Source of the DNA: Eledone cirrhosa | Lineage: Eukaryota | Direction of reading: 5' to 3' | Assembly (NCBI GenBank): GCA_964016885.1 | Contig: OZ024743.1 | Coordinates: 328,724,001-328,788,000 of the forward strand | Length of the DNA stretch: 64,000 nt | Part shown: positions 26,088 through 42,243 of the stretch, one piece after another | Layout: each line of letters begins with the position of its first letter | How positions within the stretch are numbered: position 1 is the stretch's first letter | Notes under the pieces: model-generated | Told to the model about the DNA's origin: nothing | What the model saw: the letters and a program-made list of their open reading frames with translations, nothing else | The model's database searches: none | Made by a program: the position numbers and the translations under genes

Positions 26088-26950
26088 TTTAAAGGACCGA
26101 AGAGATATATCTTCCTCTCCGATCAAACTCTCACCATCGTTTTCAAGTTTCATCCGGAAAGGAATTTGAAGGAATTTGAAGGTGGCGAGGATGATGCTCT
26201 CCTCCAGTAAATGTATCAAAAGGTGGATGAAAGTAGCAAAGGTAGCAACAATTAATGAGTCTACTCTCAACTCAGCATGTACTTATAGGTCAGACTACGA
26301 TAGCTGGGACAGGGTGCTTGACCTTGGTGGTCAGGAATGTGGGTCTGTGGGGCATCCTCAATTAATCTTAGATATTCAGCTCTCTGTACCAGGAGGACTA
26401 AATGCCTTATATGATTGTATACTATATATATATATATATATCGTTGGGAGAGGGTTCTTGGTGGTCAGGGTGATTTAGAAATGTGGATCTGTGTGGCTTT
26501 CTCAATTAGCCATAGATATCCAACTCTCTGTACCAGGAGGGCTAAATATCTCATATAATTGTATACTATGTACTATACCTCATATAATTGTATACTATGT
26601 ACTATACCTCATATAATTGTATACTATGTACTATACCTCACTTGTATATATATCATGTATTTTAGCATTTACATTACTCTATATTTACTATTGTATTTTC
26701 ATGGTAAAGGCTTTACCTCACATAATTATCTCACATAATATCGAATCTATGAGATTTTGAAAGTATTAATTTTGAGAACAATACCTTAACATCTGTTTGA
26801 GCGACCAGTTACAGCCAGTTTCAACAGAAAAGGGTAGAGAATTCTGGCCGGTTTTGGCCGGTTTGAACATTAAAGGGTTAATGTTGTAAGTTGTCTTTGT
26901 AATGTTTCCTTCAGTCAATGTACTTGTGGCAAATAAAAGAAATTATAATA
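26088..26950 (+). mobile_element. 3' end of an L1/Tx1-like LINE with 3' UTR
   Basis: FLSDQTLTIVFKFHPERNLK / VARMMLSSSKCIKRWMKVAKVA resembles L1/Tx1 ORF2 C-termini as I recall them; aataaa at about 26932. Confidence 0.5.
26700..26881 (-). mobile_element. Possible piggyBac-type non-autonomous element end
   Basis: Terminus aaaggg-TTAA (rc TTAA-CCCTTT); the other end is not recognisable. Confidence 0.35.
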
Positions 26951-26951
26951 T

Positions 26952-27118
26952 ACCAACGCACGCGGAGCAGCAAAGTATAACTGGAGTTGGATTTGTAGAG
27001 AAAGATCACAGCTCTTTAATTGTTAAGTTAGAAATAGTATCCATATGTGGAACCTTCTAAATTTGGAAAATATTCTTTCGATTCAAAAGATGAACGGATA
27101 AAATACATCTGACAGTCT
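26952..27118 (+). mobile_element. R4/Dong-like RLE LINE 3' end
   Basis: GVGFVEKDHSSLIVKLEIVSICGTF*IWKIFFRFKR*; homologous to 27450-27912; ends at (TC)n. Confidence 0.65.
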
Positions 27119-27123
27119 CTCTT

Positions 27124-27165
<42 letters not shown>

Positions 27166-27404
27166 GGGACCTGATATAATTCACACGCGTACAGTTTAAT
27201 TTAAGCACGAGGCCAGCAATTTGGGGAGGCGGTGGGGGGATTATATCGCTCCCAATGGACCTAAGAAGGATGAAAGTCAAAATTGTATATATACACATAT
27301 AGTATGTATTTATATATATATATATATATATATAGATGAATGAACATATATTACGCACACACACACATCTATCTATCTCTCTCTCTCTCTCTATATATAG
27401 ATAG

Positions 27405-27447
<43 letters not shown>

Positions 27448-27449
27448 TG

Positions 27450-27912
27450 TTGTAGCTTCCTCTTAAATTTGAGTTTATTTTTCACCGGCCACTTTCCCGG
27501 TGGAAAAGTTCTAAAGAAAAGGAAATGTCCAATGTCCCTTTTGCAATCTTTCATCCTTTGAATCGTAAAGATGTTTTATAGATTTAGAATGTTCCAGATA
27601 TCAATACTATTTATAGCTTAAAATCAAAGGGTTGCGATCTTTCTCCACAAATCCAAGTTCAGTCGTACTTTGCTCCATGAGAGTTGATATATGACCTGTA
27701 GTTGTACTAATAATAATAGGTATGAAACTGAACGTGTATCTTAAGTACTGGATCTGCAAATTCCCCATCAATGATCCATAGATATCCTCATTCTTTAGTA
27801 TTTTTATTACTACAATGACATTATAAAGGCAGCAGACTTCTACAACAGAGCATCATTTTAACGTGTTGTCCCAAACATTATCAGGCTGGTTGTATTTTAA
27901 TTTGCAGGTGAA
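27450..27912 (-). mobile_element. R4/Dong-like LINE restriction-like endonuclease remnant
   Basis: KYNQPDNVWDNTLK*CSVVEVCC...NEDIYGSLMGNLQIQYLRYTFSFIPIII...LGFVEKD; PD..(D/E) RLE pattern; flanked by (GT)n/(CA)n. Confidence 0.72.
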
Positions 27913-28259
27913 TACACACACACACACACACATACATACATACATACATACATACATACATACATACATACACACAGATACATACATACACACACACATA
28001 CACACACACACACATACATACATGCACACACACATACACAGATACATACATACACACAGATACATACATACACACACACACAGATACATACACACACACA
28101 CACAGATACATACATGCATACACACTCACATATATATTTGTATATTAGGTTATTAAGTATGAAGTGTCCGATTTTCTACCTAAACGTTTAATTCAAAATC
28201 GGACATGTGATACTTAATGGCTTGGTATATATATGAATTAAACGTTTAGGTAGAAAATC

Positions 28260-28307
<48 letters not shown>

Positions 28308-28423
28308 TCAAAAGATGGTTAAAAGAGTTCCATGTATTTTATTATGCAAACTGTAGAGTGGTTCTTATCCGATATCTGCATTGCTTTATTGTACTACAAT
28401 AAAACTCACCTCCTACATATATC

Positions 28424-28466
<43 letters not shown>

Positions 28467-28749
28467 ATATGTAAATATGTCAACGTGGGAGTGTCAATAT
28501 GATGAGTGGAAATCCCCTTCTTAAGTATCAGGGCTGAAGTACATTACTCTTCACTCCCACCCCTACTAATTTAATAGGTGTTGAATTGTTGAAACTATAG
28601 TTCTATAAATGATAATCAATTACCGTTTCACAGTTAGGGGGTTAGATCGATTCAAGATATTTATGATTTTTTTCTATTTACAAGTAAATACGTGAATTTA
28701 TTTGGCATGTTTACATGTCCATATATACACTCACGTAATGCTACCTCGA

Positions 28750-30736
<1,987 letters not shown>

Positions 30737-31117
30737 GGTGGCTGCCAACTCGTTTTCGAGTACGGCCACTACTTTATATCCATGTAGGAGACCGATGCGC
30801 TGAACAAGTGTGACTTTTTAATCCAGCCAGCGACTTGAAATATATATATACAGATATATGTATATACTGATATATATATATACATTTATACATATACATA
30901 CATGTACACACACACATATATATATATACATATACATACATGTACACACACACACACATATATATATATCCTACACTAACCCAAGGCGGTTACTAGAATC
31001 ATTGTAAATAGCGTCTCCTTGAGGATTTATTCATTATAGTAGCGTCCTGGCCTCATTATTGTAGCGTCCGGTAACTAACGGAACCTCGGGTAACCCCCAG
31101 CCCAGTTTAACAGACTA

Positions 31118-31516
31118 TGTAATTGTAGGAACCCGGAGTAATGCCCTCTAAGGGGTGAATGCCTCTGTAAGAATATTATTTATAAATGTTAGGTTAGCAC
31201 CAATAACCAAATATATAGGTACGTGGGTAGCAACTGGGTTTAAGGAAATGTCACTATCACACAGAAGAATAAATAAGAATGATAGAGATGTCTCAGAACT
31301 TGTATAGAAACTTAGACTGACTCACATAAGTATTTTTGTTCGTGGTTAAATATTAGATCAGCACAGTCGTACAGGAACGGATCCAATGTATGTGACTTGT
31401 GTACTACCGGGGTCATGGAAATAATAACAAGGTCACTAGTGATTAATAGAAGGACGGACCTACTTAGCATCAGCCGTCATCGACTGGCCAAAACATTCAT
31501 GAAAGCATATCATTAG
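31118..31516 (+). mobile_element. Penelope-like element GIY-YIG endonuclease remnant
   Basis: CNCRNPE*CPLRGECLCKNIIYKC*VSTNNQIYRYVG ... WLNIRSAQSYRNGSNVCDLCTT...INRRTDLLSISRH; typical PLE motifs CNCR/CPLxGxCL/IY/YIG/CxLC/CRH; stops and frameshifts. Confidence 0.85.
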
Positions 31517-32309
31517 TTAATTAGCAGTTCAGGACAGGAGCCAAGGAAGTAGATACACACTAAAGATTCGTTAGGGTAAATTATTTATATCATATATATC
31601 ATAGAATTAATTTGGAGATATATCTAATCTTGGAGTTCTACTACCAGAAAACCACAGCCGTTGCCTCCTCCCGTTTATTTAATTAATTACAAAACACACT
31701 TAATTTCTAAGATGAGCTTTACACATTATATTAAAATATCAAATGTCTCAGTTAAATATTCAATTAATACACCATTGCCTTTAAGGAAACCCTATTTGTT
31801 GAGGTTGTGGATAAGTGATAAAATATTGATAGGGACAATGTTATTATGTGCTTAAAGTCGAAACCCTTATTAACGGTGATATCCTTGTTCGTTGTTGATT
31901 TTCCGTAACCAAACCAGAATTTTAGATGTACATCATTCCTTTATACTCTAGCTTTGTATTGATATATTGCAGTTTATATTACATTTTTATATGTGTGTAT
32001 TCTTTTATCGATATCAACTCTGCATTTCATCCGTTTGAGGTCGATAAAAAAAAGTACCAGTCAAATACTGAAGTCGATTCTTCCTTTCTGTCACTCTCTC
32101 TAAACCCTTTTCTGGAAGAAATCTGCTGTATTCCGACCTTAGAGGGGAGATGGGCTCTGCCAGGTTTTAAAATGCATCTGTATCTTAATACGGCGCCCCT
32201 ACGACCCCCTCAGAAGTTACGGGTCCATACATACGTGCGTATTCTTTTATATTTTAAAAATATTAAAAAAATACTTTTATATATATTACATTTTAGAAAA
32301 TTAAGAGAT

Positions 32310-32562
32310 CACTGCTCCGATAATACGGAGATGTGGTTAGAATGTCTCTGGAAAGAATCACTGGACAGATTTCACGGGTAAAACCAACCGGCAGGAAACT
32401 CAGAGTAGACCCCGAGCAAGATGGTTGGATAACATCCATGAGCTTGACTGGTCTCGCTTGGGGATCCAGCCGGATCTGTTGGAGACGGTTGCTTCTGACA
32501 GGGCCTGCTGGAAGGAGTGTTTGAAGATTCTGCCCCCACGACAAGAAGAAGAAGAAGAAGAA
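32310..32562 (+). mobile_element. 3' end of the Expander-like RTE with a (GAA)n tail
   Basis: Homologous to 23245-23480; ends gaagaagaagaagaagaa. Confidence 0.85.
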
Positions 32563-32607
32563 TTTGAAATCTTAAAATTTTGCCAAGTCTTACTTTATAT
32601 TATTATC

Positions 32608-32792
32608 TTGATTGGCAGTATCGGTAAAGGGTCGGACTCCATGCTTTGACGCATAGAGTTACGGGCCTTGTCATTCTGAGTTCAAATCCCGCCAAGGTTA
32701 ACTTTGCCTTTCATCCTTACGGGATCGATAAAATAAAGTACCAGTAATGCACTGGGTAATTGCTGGCCTTGTGCCAAAAGTAAACACAATTA
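32608..32792 (+). mobile_element. SINE family A, deleted subfamily
   Basis: B box and core; gcactggg joined directly to taattgctggcc. Confidence 0.85.
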
Positions 32793-32929
32793 TCTTATAC
32801 TATCCTCTATATTTATTTGTACTAGCAGTTTTATTTTTATATATTTTATTAGATTTTTATTGCATTTTATATATTTCCTTTTTATTATTCCTGATTATAA
32901 TCCATACTTCGTATCCATGCTTTCATACC

Positions 32930-33288
32930 TTACTCTCGGGGTCTCGAATAATGACCCCCTTCCCATGTTTATTAACTTTTCACTTTTTGCAACCCACCCC
33001 CCGCTTGTTAAATTTTGCTAATCAATCTCCGATGAAATTTTAGTGGTAGCATTCCTGCGGAAATTACTTTTCTTTATACATTAAAAAACATTATACATAT
33101 ATAAAAAGTACATTACAAGAAATCCCATATGTTATGAAACAAATAGGATGGGTTGGGGTCTCAGTATGTAAACTAAACGACTAATTCTGGTTTTTAAAAA
33201 TATCAACGGAGACAACCTAGAAAAATTACCAATTTTCCACCCCCACCCCTACCATTTGTTCCACAACCCTTATTATTTGGGACCCAAA
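32930..33288 (-). mobile_element. Tc1/mariner-type MITE
   Basis: ta-ctctcggggtctcgaataat terminus; reverse copy of 42787-43122. Confidence 0.78.
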
Positions 33289-34627
33289 TTTAATCTGTAA
33301 GCCTTTCTCTCACACTATATATACTTGAAATTGTCCCCAACATTCAAAATACGGCTTCAAGAGACATTTTAAATAAATGTTCAATACTTTTCTTTCTTTC
33401 TTTCCTCATTGATTCATTGTGAAATTGTTTTCCTATCGATCCCCATAGTACTCACATGTCAGATACTTACGAAGCCAGATGCGTAAACTTCCGTTAGAAA
33501 TGTCTTTATCATTAGCACTATTTTTATCTTTATTTTATTTTAGGTGTACTGTATCAGCTTGTATCTAAATACATTCGTATTATCGTTCTTTGCTTTTCAT
33601 CCTTACAGGAGTCGATAAAATAAAGTACCAGTAATGAACTGGGGTTGATTTAATCGCCTTTCGCCTCTCCCCAAATTGCTGGCCTTGTGTCTGAATCAGA
33701 AACAATTATTATTGTTATTATTACTTATTTTGTTATTTTACCATTACAACTTATTGTATCTATTATTAAGGCTAGCAATGTAATCTCTACTGTTGCTATT
33801 GTTGTTATTGTTGTTAAGAACGACACCGATGTCGCTGCCATTGGTATCGTGGTAATAAAACGACCCTGGTGCCAGGAAGGTTTCCCTGGAACTATAAATA
33901 AAATATTTGGTGACCCTAGACAAATGATGGCAACAGATGAAGAATAGGAAATGCCTTTGCAGTTTTGTCCGTGGGGCGCAGCCGAAACCCCACCCACCCT
34001 AGGCATAAAACCTATCAGCCTCTTCCCTCTCATCCCTTTCTTCCGTGACCTAATAGTCCTTGCTCCCTCCTCCCTTTTCTTCACATTTATGGCATTTATA
34101 GTCCTTCCTCCACGATCCTATACAGCTAGATCTGCCCTTCTTTACCCCTTCCCTCTCTGTTCGTTACTTCGTTTTGATTTTACCCACTGTTTTTTTTTTC
34201 ATATTTCCATCAATATTTATGTTATTTATACAAATGTGAATAAATTGTATAAGAAAGGTGTATACACGCTGATAGTAACAAACTGACTGGACGTTTTATA
34301 GCTACGAGCTCGGTAAAACTGATAAACACTTAAATTAATCAACATATCCTAGAGTTTAAAGAATCCATCAATAAGAAATATAGATACCAATAAAAGGGAA
34401 GCAAGAGAACAAAAAACAATTGACAAGTCACATGTTTATTGGAGTTCGCAAACATGGAAGCATTTGCCTGAGACATATCAACTCCTTCACCTAATCGTGT
34501 TAACATCTGTTGATGTCACACCAGTGTTAGTTGCTGTTGTAATGATCGAATAACAAATCTACACTGGTGTCATTGAAATACGTATTATCCAATAAATACG
34601 ATTATGTAACACCTGTCTTAAAGTTCA

Positions 34628-34694
<67 letters not shown>

Positions 34695-35597
34695 CAGAGT
34701 CACACATACAGGAACACACACACAGACACACGCAAACATGTATCTGTCGGTATATACTGTATACGTAAATGCATTTCTTGGATAGAATGGCGGTGGTGCA
34801 TGGTTTAATAAGGGGGGGGGGGATCCAGCAAACATGACACACACACATACTGTGGCCTACATACTAACACACATACATACATACATACAAACATACATAC
34901 ATACACAGACACAGATACATACACTGACAAACACAGAGGCAGATAGATACACACACATACATAGTGGCCAGCAAGCTGACACACACGAAAAAACGCACAC
35001 ACGACATACGCATACACAGCCACATTACGCAATATGAACACACTACACAGCACGCACAAACAGATACACACGGACACTCATACACAAAACAAGCCAACAC
35101 AGACACACACACACACAAAGACACTCATACACAAAACAAGCACATAGAGACACAACACGAACAAACACATACACACAGACACACATTCACACACACATAA
35201 CACTAACACATACAGAGAGAGACACACGGGACGTGAAAGCAGCAGCAGCAGCAGCAGAAGAAACATTTGTTGATTGATTCTATATTTACCTTAAACTGTT
35301 TGGTGTAGAGAGAGGGATCGATAGATAGATAGGGATTGAGATGAAGGGAAATAGAGAGATAGGTAGCAGGAGATAGATAGAGAGAGGGATATATATATAT
35401 ATATACAAATATAAATTATCGAGAATCGTATTTCGGCCTATGAAATAACGAAAAACAACCTCCGAGATGTGTGGTAAGTGCTCAATGGTTCGGATGAACC
35501 AGAGCTACAACATACGTTAAAGGCCAAACACACTGAGACGATGGTTAAACAATCATCCGCACAGACCCCCCAAAAAACGGTCAAGTAATTCGGGTCA

Positions 35598-35667
<70 letters not shown>

Positions 35668-35697
35668 AGTGGTTACACAACAGTTAGTTCACCATCC

Positions 35698-35735
35698 CGA
35701 GAACAATTGTTTCACCTTAGCGGATCCTCACCTCG
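35698..35735 (-). ncRNA. Decayed minimal hammerhead (C3>G)
   Basis: Minus strand: cgag-GTGAGGA-tcc(gctaa)ggt-GAAA-caattg-TT-ctcg; palindromic stem III, 4-bp stem I. Confidence 0.4.
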
Positions 35736-35825
35736 TAATGAACATGGTTATACGGAACAGTGCTCTACCACTACGTATATTACCTTCCAGTGTTCTACCA
35801 CTATATATATATATATATATATATC

Positions 35826-35871
<46 letters not shown>

Positions 35872-36166
35872 TAGTGATAGAGTGATAGAGATGGACGAAG
35901 ATAGAGGGAGATACACATCTACAGATGTGTGTGTGTAAAAGTCCAGGAAAAAAGAGTGTTCTATGTAGGTAACAGAGCTTAATAGTTATGTATAGAAACC
36001 ACTGGTAAATGGAATAATTGCCTTATGTTGTTTATTACATAACTATATATATATTACATAACTATATATATATATATGTATAGAGAGAGAGAGATAGCTC
36101 GAAAGCTAGAGAGAGAGGGGGGAGAGAGGGGGGGAGAGAGAGAGAGATAGCTCGAAAGCTATAGCT

Positions 36167-36198
<32 letters not shown>

Positions 36199-36307
36199 GG
36201 GAGTGAGACCTATATCTCTGTGTGTTTCTCTGTGTATTCCTGTGTATGTGTGTACATGTGCGTTTGAGTGTGGCTGTATGTACCTGTGTGAGTGTGGCTG
36301 TATGTAC

Positions 36308-36350
<43 letters not shown>

Positions 36351-36473
36351 TGTGGCTGTATGTACCTCTGTGTGTGTGTTTGAGTGTGACTGTATGTACC
36401 TGAGTGTGCGTGCATGTGTATAGGGGTTTGTGTTAGCATGTATGATTGTACGATTGCCAGTGTGTGGATGTGC

Positions 36474-36504
<31 letters not shown>

Positions 36505-37208
36505 CCTGTGTATGCATGTAACTGTGTGTGCGTAAGTGTGCGAGCCTATGTGTGCGCGTAACTGTGTGTGTATGCCAGTGTCTGAATGTAACTGTATGTG
36601 CGTGTGCGTGCCTATGTGTGCGCGTAACTGTGTGTGCGTGTGCGTGCCTATGTGTGCGCATAACTGTGTGTGCGTGTGTGTGTCTGCATGTAACTGCGTG
36701 TAACTGTATGTCTCCGTGCCTCTGTGTGCACGTAACTGTTTGTGCGTGTGTGTGTATATGTGCGTGCCTGTGTATGCGTGTGTGTGTGTGTGTAAGAGTC
36801 TTTGTAAGCCTATGTATGTGTGTGCGTGCCTGTGTATGCATCTGTGTGTAAGTGTCTTTGTATGTGTGTCTGTGTAAGCCTCTGTATGTGTGAGTCTAAG
36901 CCTGTGTATGTGTGTAACTTAGTGTGCGTGTGTGTGTGTGTACGTATCTTATATCAGTAAACGTGTTAACAAGAAAACTGGCTGACGAAAAGAGGAAAAA
37001 AAATCCCTCAACAAAAGTCCAGCCATGTTTCAACAAGACACAATCTCACATTAAAACATTACATCTCCGCCTCCTTCACACCCTCTCTCCTCCCCCTCTT
37101 CTATCTCTATCACTCCATCGCAGTGTACTTTTTATTTCTTTTTCTCTCTATCCATCTCACCAGCATACACTCACACATATACTTAAGTAAAAGTGTGCCT
37201 ACACACAC

Positions 37209-37249
<41 letters not shown>

Positions 37250-37290
37250 TTCAAAATATTAACAAAATAGATATTCTTGTGATCAAGTAT

Positions 37291-37355
37291 ATTTTATTAT
37301 ACACATTTCAGAGGTACTGAGTTAACTTCAACCGTACGTCCTCATCAGATAAAAT
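37291..37355 (-). ncRNA. Putative type I minimal hammerhead ribozyme, family H1
   Basis: Minus strand: attttat-CTGATGA-ggacgtac...gtacctct-GAAA-tgtgta-TA-ataaaat. Confidence 0.72.
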
Positions 37356-37494
37356 AAGATGATGCATGACATACCCTGATATAGTAGATGGTTAAGATGC
37401 AGTCATGGTAGTCATGAAAACCATTACCGTTGAGTACTTCCAATCTATTGTAAAACTCATTCTTTGATTTATTCATCGAACCTTATTTAACCTT

Positions 37495-37578
<84 letters not shown>

Positions 37579-37699
37579 TTAAAATAACTTTAATCTGTTA
37601 TTTTAATAAATATTTTCTCTACGGTTCTTATATATTTGATATATATTTATCCTTATTGAGCCCTCTTTGGATTTTAGTCTTCAAATTTATTATTATTAC

Positions 37700-37731
<32 letters not shown>

Positions 37732-37801
37732 AGCAAGTGTGCCTAAACACACGTATATAGATATATATACCTTCCTCAGTAAACCACGAATCTTCTGAAT
37801 C

Positions 37802-37888
<87 letters not shown>

Positions 37889-37999
37889 TTTAAACATAAA
37901 CTGGAAAGAAGTAGATGGAGAAGTTAAAACACCTCAAAATACGGTAATTTATTATAATAAACGGTACTTTATTATATGCATATATATATATATATATAT

Positions 38000-38267
38000 A
38001 GGCAGACAAGACTGGAATTGAAGCATCAGCACAGTTGAGGTATGTCATACATCAATTTATGTATTTTATCTGATGAGGACGTACTGAAAAAACAGCACAG
38101 TATGTTTTATTATATATAATAAAACATATATTTTGATTACGTGAATGTATCCATTTATTAATATTTTGAATAATATTAATAACTCCAGAAAACTTTTTGT
38201 TGAGTGCTTTTAATCTATTGTAAAACTATATTCATTGAATAATCAATGAACCTTGTTTAACATTTGG

Positions 38268-38268
<1 letters not shown>
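38000..38268 (+). mobile_element. Family H1 TA-anchored element with a damaged hammerhead (GAAA box after stem II lost)
   Basis: ttttatCTGATGAggacgtactg...cagtatgttt...tatataTAataaaa; collinear with other H1 copies. Confidence 0.7.
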
Positions 38269-38300
<32 letters not shown>

Positions 38301-38512
38301 TATACGTGCGTGTGTATAGACACACAGACACGCACCCCCCCCCCATATATATATATATATATACCCATGTGTCTACACACGCGCGTATATATACACAAAC
38401 GTGTACCCACACACACATATTGGTATGAAGAGGATGTATATACACAAACATACTAATAATGGAGTGAGTGTCGACCATGTGTCTATAGATAGCTACAGGT
38501 GAGCAACATACA

Positions 38513-38599
<87 letters not shown>

Positions 38600-38700
38600 C
38601 AAATAAATGGAAGCCACCGAATGAGTAAATGTTTGTTGTCAATTATATAACTATAATTCTACAAATCGGAATATATATATATGCACATGTATGTATGTAA

Positions 38701-38815
<115 letters not shown>

Positions 38816-39157
38816 TTAATAAATGAAACAAAACAAACACAGGAATGCAAAAATACAGTTATATTGGGTTCACGCTTGGAGGAACTGATATATACATATA
38901 TATGCATGCGTGTGCATGTATATCAAAATCACTGGATATCGATCTAAACCCTTATATATATATATGGAGAGAGAGAGAAAGAGAGAGAGAGGGAGGGAGT
39001 TACATCTATATATATATATCTCTACAGAGTGATTAACCGAGATTACGACAATGTATAAATATATACATTTTAAAATATATAGACATGTAAACACCAAAAA
39101 AATACGAATTTCCTCGTAAAGTGACAAATGAAAAAATACGAAGACAAAAACAAAAAC

Positions 39158-39205
39158 AAACTTTAAACGATTTTCGGACCTAGTTGGATCTTTATCAGAA
39201 GGTCT
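39158..39205 (-). ncRNA. Decayed hammerhead-like motif (G8>A)
   Basis: Minus strand: agacctt-CTGATAA-agatcc(aact)aggtcc-GAAA-atcgt-TTA-aagttt. Confidence 0.35.
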
Positions 39206-39426
39206 ATACATCATCTATACAACTACAAGGAAACATGTTATTGATGGGTTTATAAACCCATTGCTCTTAATAGTTTTCTGAAATGGACAGATTAATTTGT
39301 GTATAATTAGCGTTTGTAATTAAGATATATATACATTGAGAAGTGTGCTAGCAGCCGAAGTGTACGACAAAGTTATATCTGTATATATATATACATACAT
39401 ATACATATACATACATACACACACAC

Positions 39427-39486
<60 letters not shown>

Positions 39487-39583
39487 ATATATTTTACAAG
39501 GATCCTGAGCCATCTATCTGTGAAACGGTCGTAATCGTGTATAATCAATAAAGACTTTAATGTGAAACCTCGTTTTGTTTTTA

Positions 39584-39621
<38 letters not shown>

Positions 39622-39628
39622 ATGTATA

Positions 39629-39681
<53 letters not shown>

Positions 39682-39788
39682 ATATATATGTATATATATA
39701 TATATGTATATATATGTACCCCACTCTCGCGTGGACCTAATACCTAACACCTTTCGTAAGTGTACTCCTTGTTGTTATTATTTACTTT

Positions 39789-39836
<48 letters not shown>

Positions 39837-39985
39837 TGTCTGGTGTATATATTTCAATACATATATATTATGATATTGTAATATGTTTATCGAGTCTATG
39901 TAGAGATTGTACATGCATTATTATATACATTCCGTGATAATGCACACACACACATATATATGCATATATATCTACACAGACACAT

Positions 39986-40017
<32 letters not shown>

Positions 40018-40167
40018 GCATATATATCTACACACAGACACATACACACACACACATATATATATATATATATGCATATATATCTACATACACACAGACA
40101 CACACACACACACATACATACATATATATATGTATATATGTATATATGTATATACATATATATATAT

Positions 40168-40343
40168 AATGAAGGAAATGTGGTAAGGAACCAGAGTACT
40201 CAATACTTAGGGTAGTAGAGTGGGAAATAGGAAAAAGTATGACCCCGACGGCAGAGCTCAAGCCGTTTCGACGGCTAATTCTGGACTCAGAATTAGCCAT
40301 CGAAACGGCTTGAGCTCTGCCGTCGGGGTCATACTTGTTCCAA
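40168..40343 (-). mobile_element. Family P1 fold-back element
   Basis: Same tail and palindrome as 19580. Confidence 0.78.
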
Positions 40344-40473
40344 TATATATATATATATATATATACAGCCCTGTCGCTTGTATTGTCTGTCTGTTTTCAA
40401 CATCACGTTGGTGTAGTTGTCAAGAAGTGACGGAGCAAAACAGAACCAAGACACAGGAAACCAGAGAGAGTAG

Positions 40474-40545
<72 letters not shown>

Positions 40546-40730
40546 AATAATATTGAGAGAGATAAAGTTAGAGATATTGAGAGAGAGATGGAGAGAGAGT
40601 GAATAGGAGATCTGTGATAGATAGAGAGAGGGCTAGAGGGAGAGAGTTTGTAGAGATTTACTCGTCTTAAGTAATCTACGAATAAAAAGAATAAACATTT
40701 GTTGTAGAATCTGAGAGAAAAGATGAAATA

Positions 40731-40780
<50 letters not shown>

Positions 40781-40853
40781 ATACTTGGGGGGGGGGTTAG
40801 ATATCTAGATATATGTATGCATACATACATCTATTTATTCACATGTCTATGTG

Positions 40854-40890
<37 letters not shown>

Positions 40891-40947
40891 AAGAAGGATG
40901 ACAGAGAAAAAGAGGAAAATAAATAGACAAATTTTTTAGATAGATAA

Positions 40948-41034
<87 letters not shown>

Positions 41035-41037
<3 letters not shown>

Positions 41038-41197
41038 CAAAGGAATTGTGGTAAGGAACCAGATGGACCATAACACACCAAAGTACTCAATACTTAGGGT
41101 AGTAGAGTGGGAAATAGGAAAAAGTATGACCCTGACGGCAGAGCTCAAGCCGTCGAAACGGCTTGAGCTCTGCCGTCGGGGTCATACGTTTTCCTAT
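41035..41197 (-). mobile_element. Family P1 fold-back element
   Basis: Arms around a 4-nt loop. Confidence 0.78.
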
Positions 41198-41200
41198 ATA

Positions 41201-41242
<42 letters not shown>

Positions 41243-41334
41243 TGCAAAAGGAAAAAAAAACACGTCTTGGATAGACAGACAGATATATAGATAGTGAGAA
41301 AGAGTGAGAAAGAGAAAGTTGGATATAGATAGAT

Positions 41335-41436
<102 letters not shown>

Positions 41437-41761
41437 AAAAGTAGCAAACGTCTTGGATAGACAGACGGATAAATTGACGGAGATAGGGTGAAGAGAGAGA
41501 GAGAGAGAGAGAGAGAGTAAGAGGATGGCATGTAGAAGGGTTTCGTAAAAGGTGACAGTGCTTCTCTGTTGTGGTGAGAGGAAGGGAGAGAGAGATATGA
41601 AGCTATAGAGAGGGAGGGGAATAAAAAGTAAGAGAGGCGGCAATAAAAGAGAGAGAGGGGAAATAGAAGACAGATCGAGAGTGATAGAAGAGAGAGGGGG
41701 AGTAAGCTTAAGATCTAAGCTGAGACAAAGGAATGTAAATATAGGTTTAACTGGATTGCGT

Positions 41762-41827
<66 letters not shown>

Positions 41828-42076
41828 ATATATGAGATATATATATATATATATATATGCATATATAATTATATATACATTCATGTGAATGTATATATGC
41901 ATATGTACAGGTATAAATATATATATGTGTGTGTGTGCGTGTTAACAAGGTTCTAAGTACACAGATACATATATGTATGTGTGTATGTGTGTATGTGTGT
42001 ATTTCTGTGTCTATATATATATATATATAGACACAGAAATACACACATACACACATATACACACATGTATCTGTGT

Positions 42077-42134
<58 letters not shown>

Positions 42135-42189
42135 TTATACCTGTACATATGCACATATACATTCACATGAATGTATATATAATTATATA

Positions 42190-42243
<54 letters not shown>

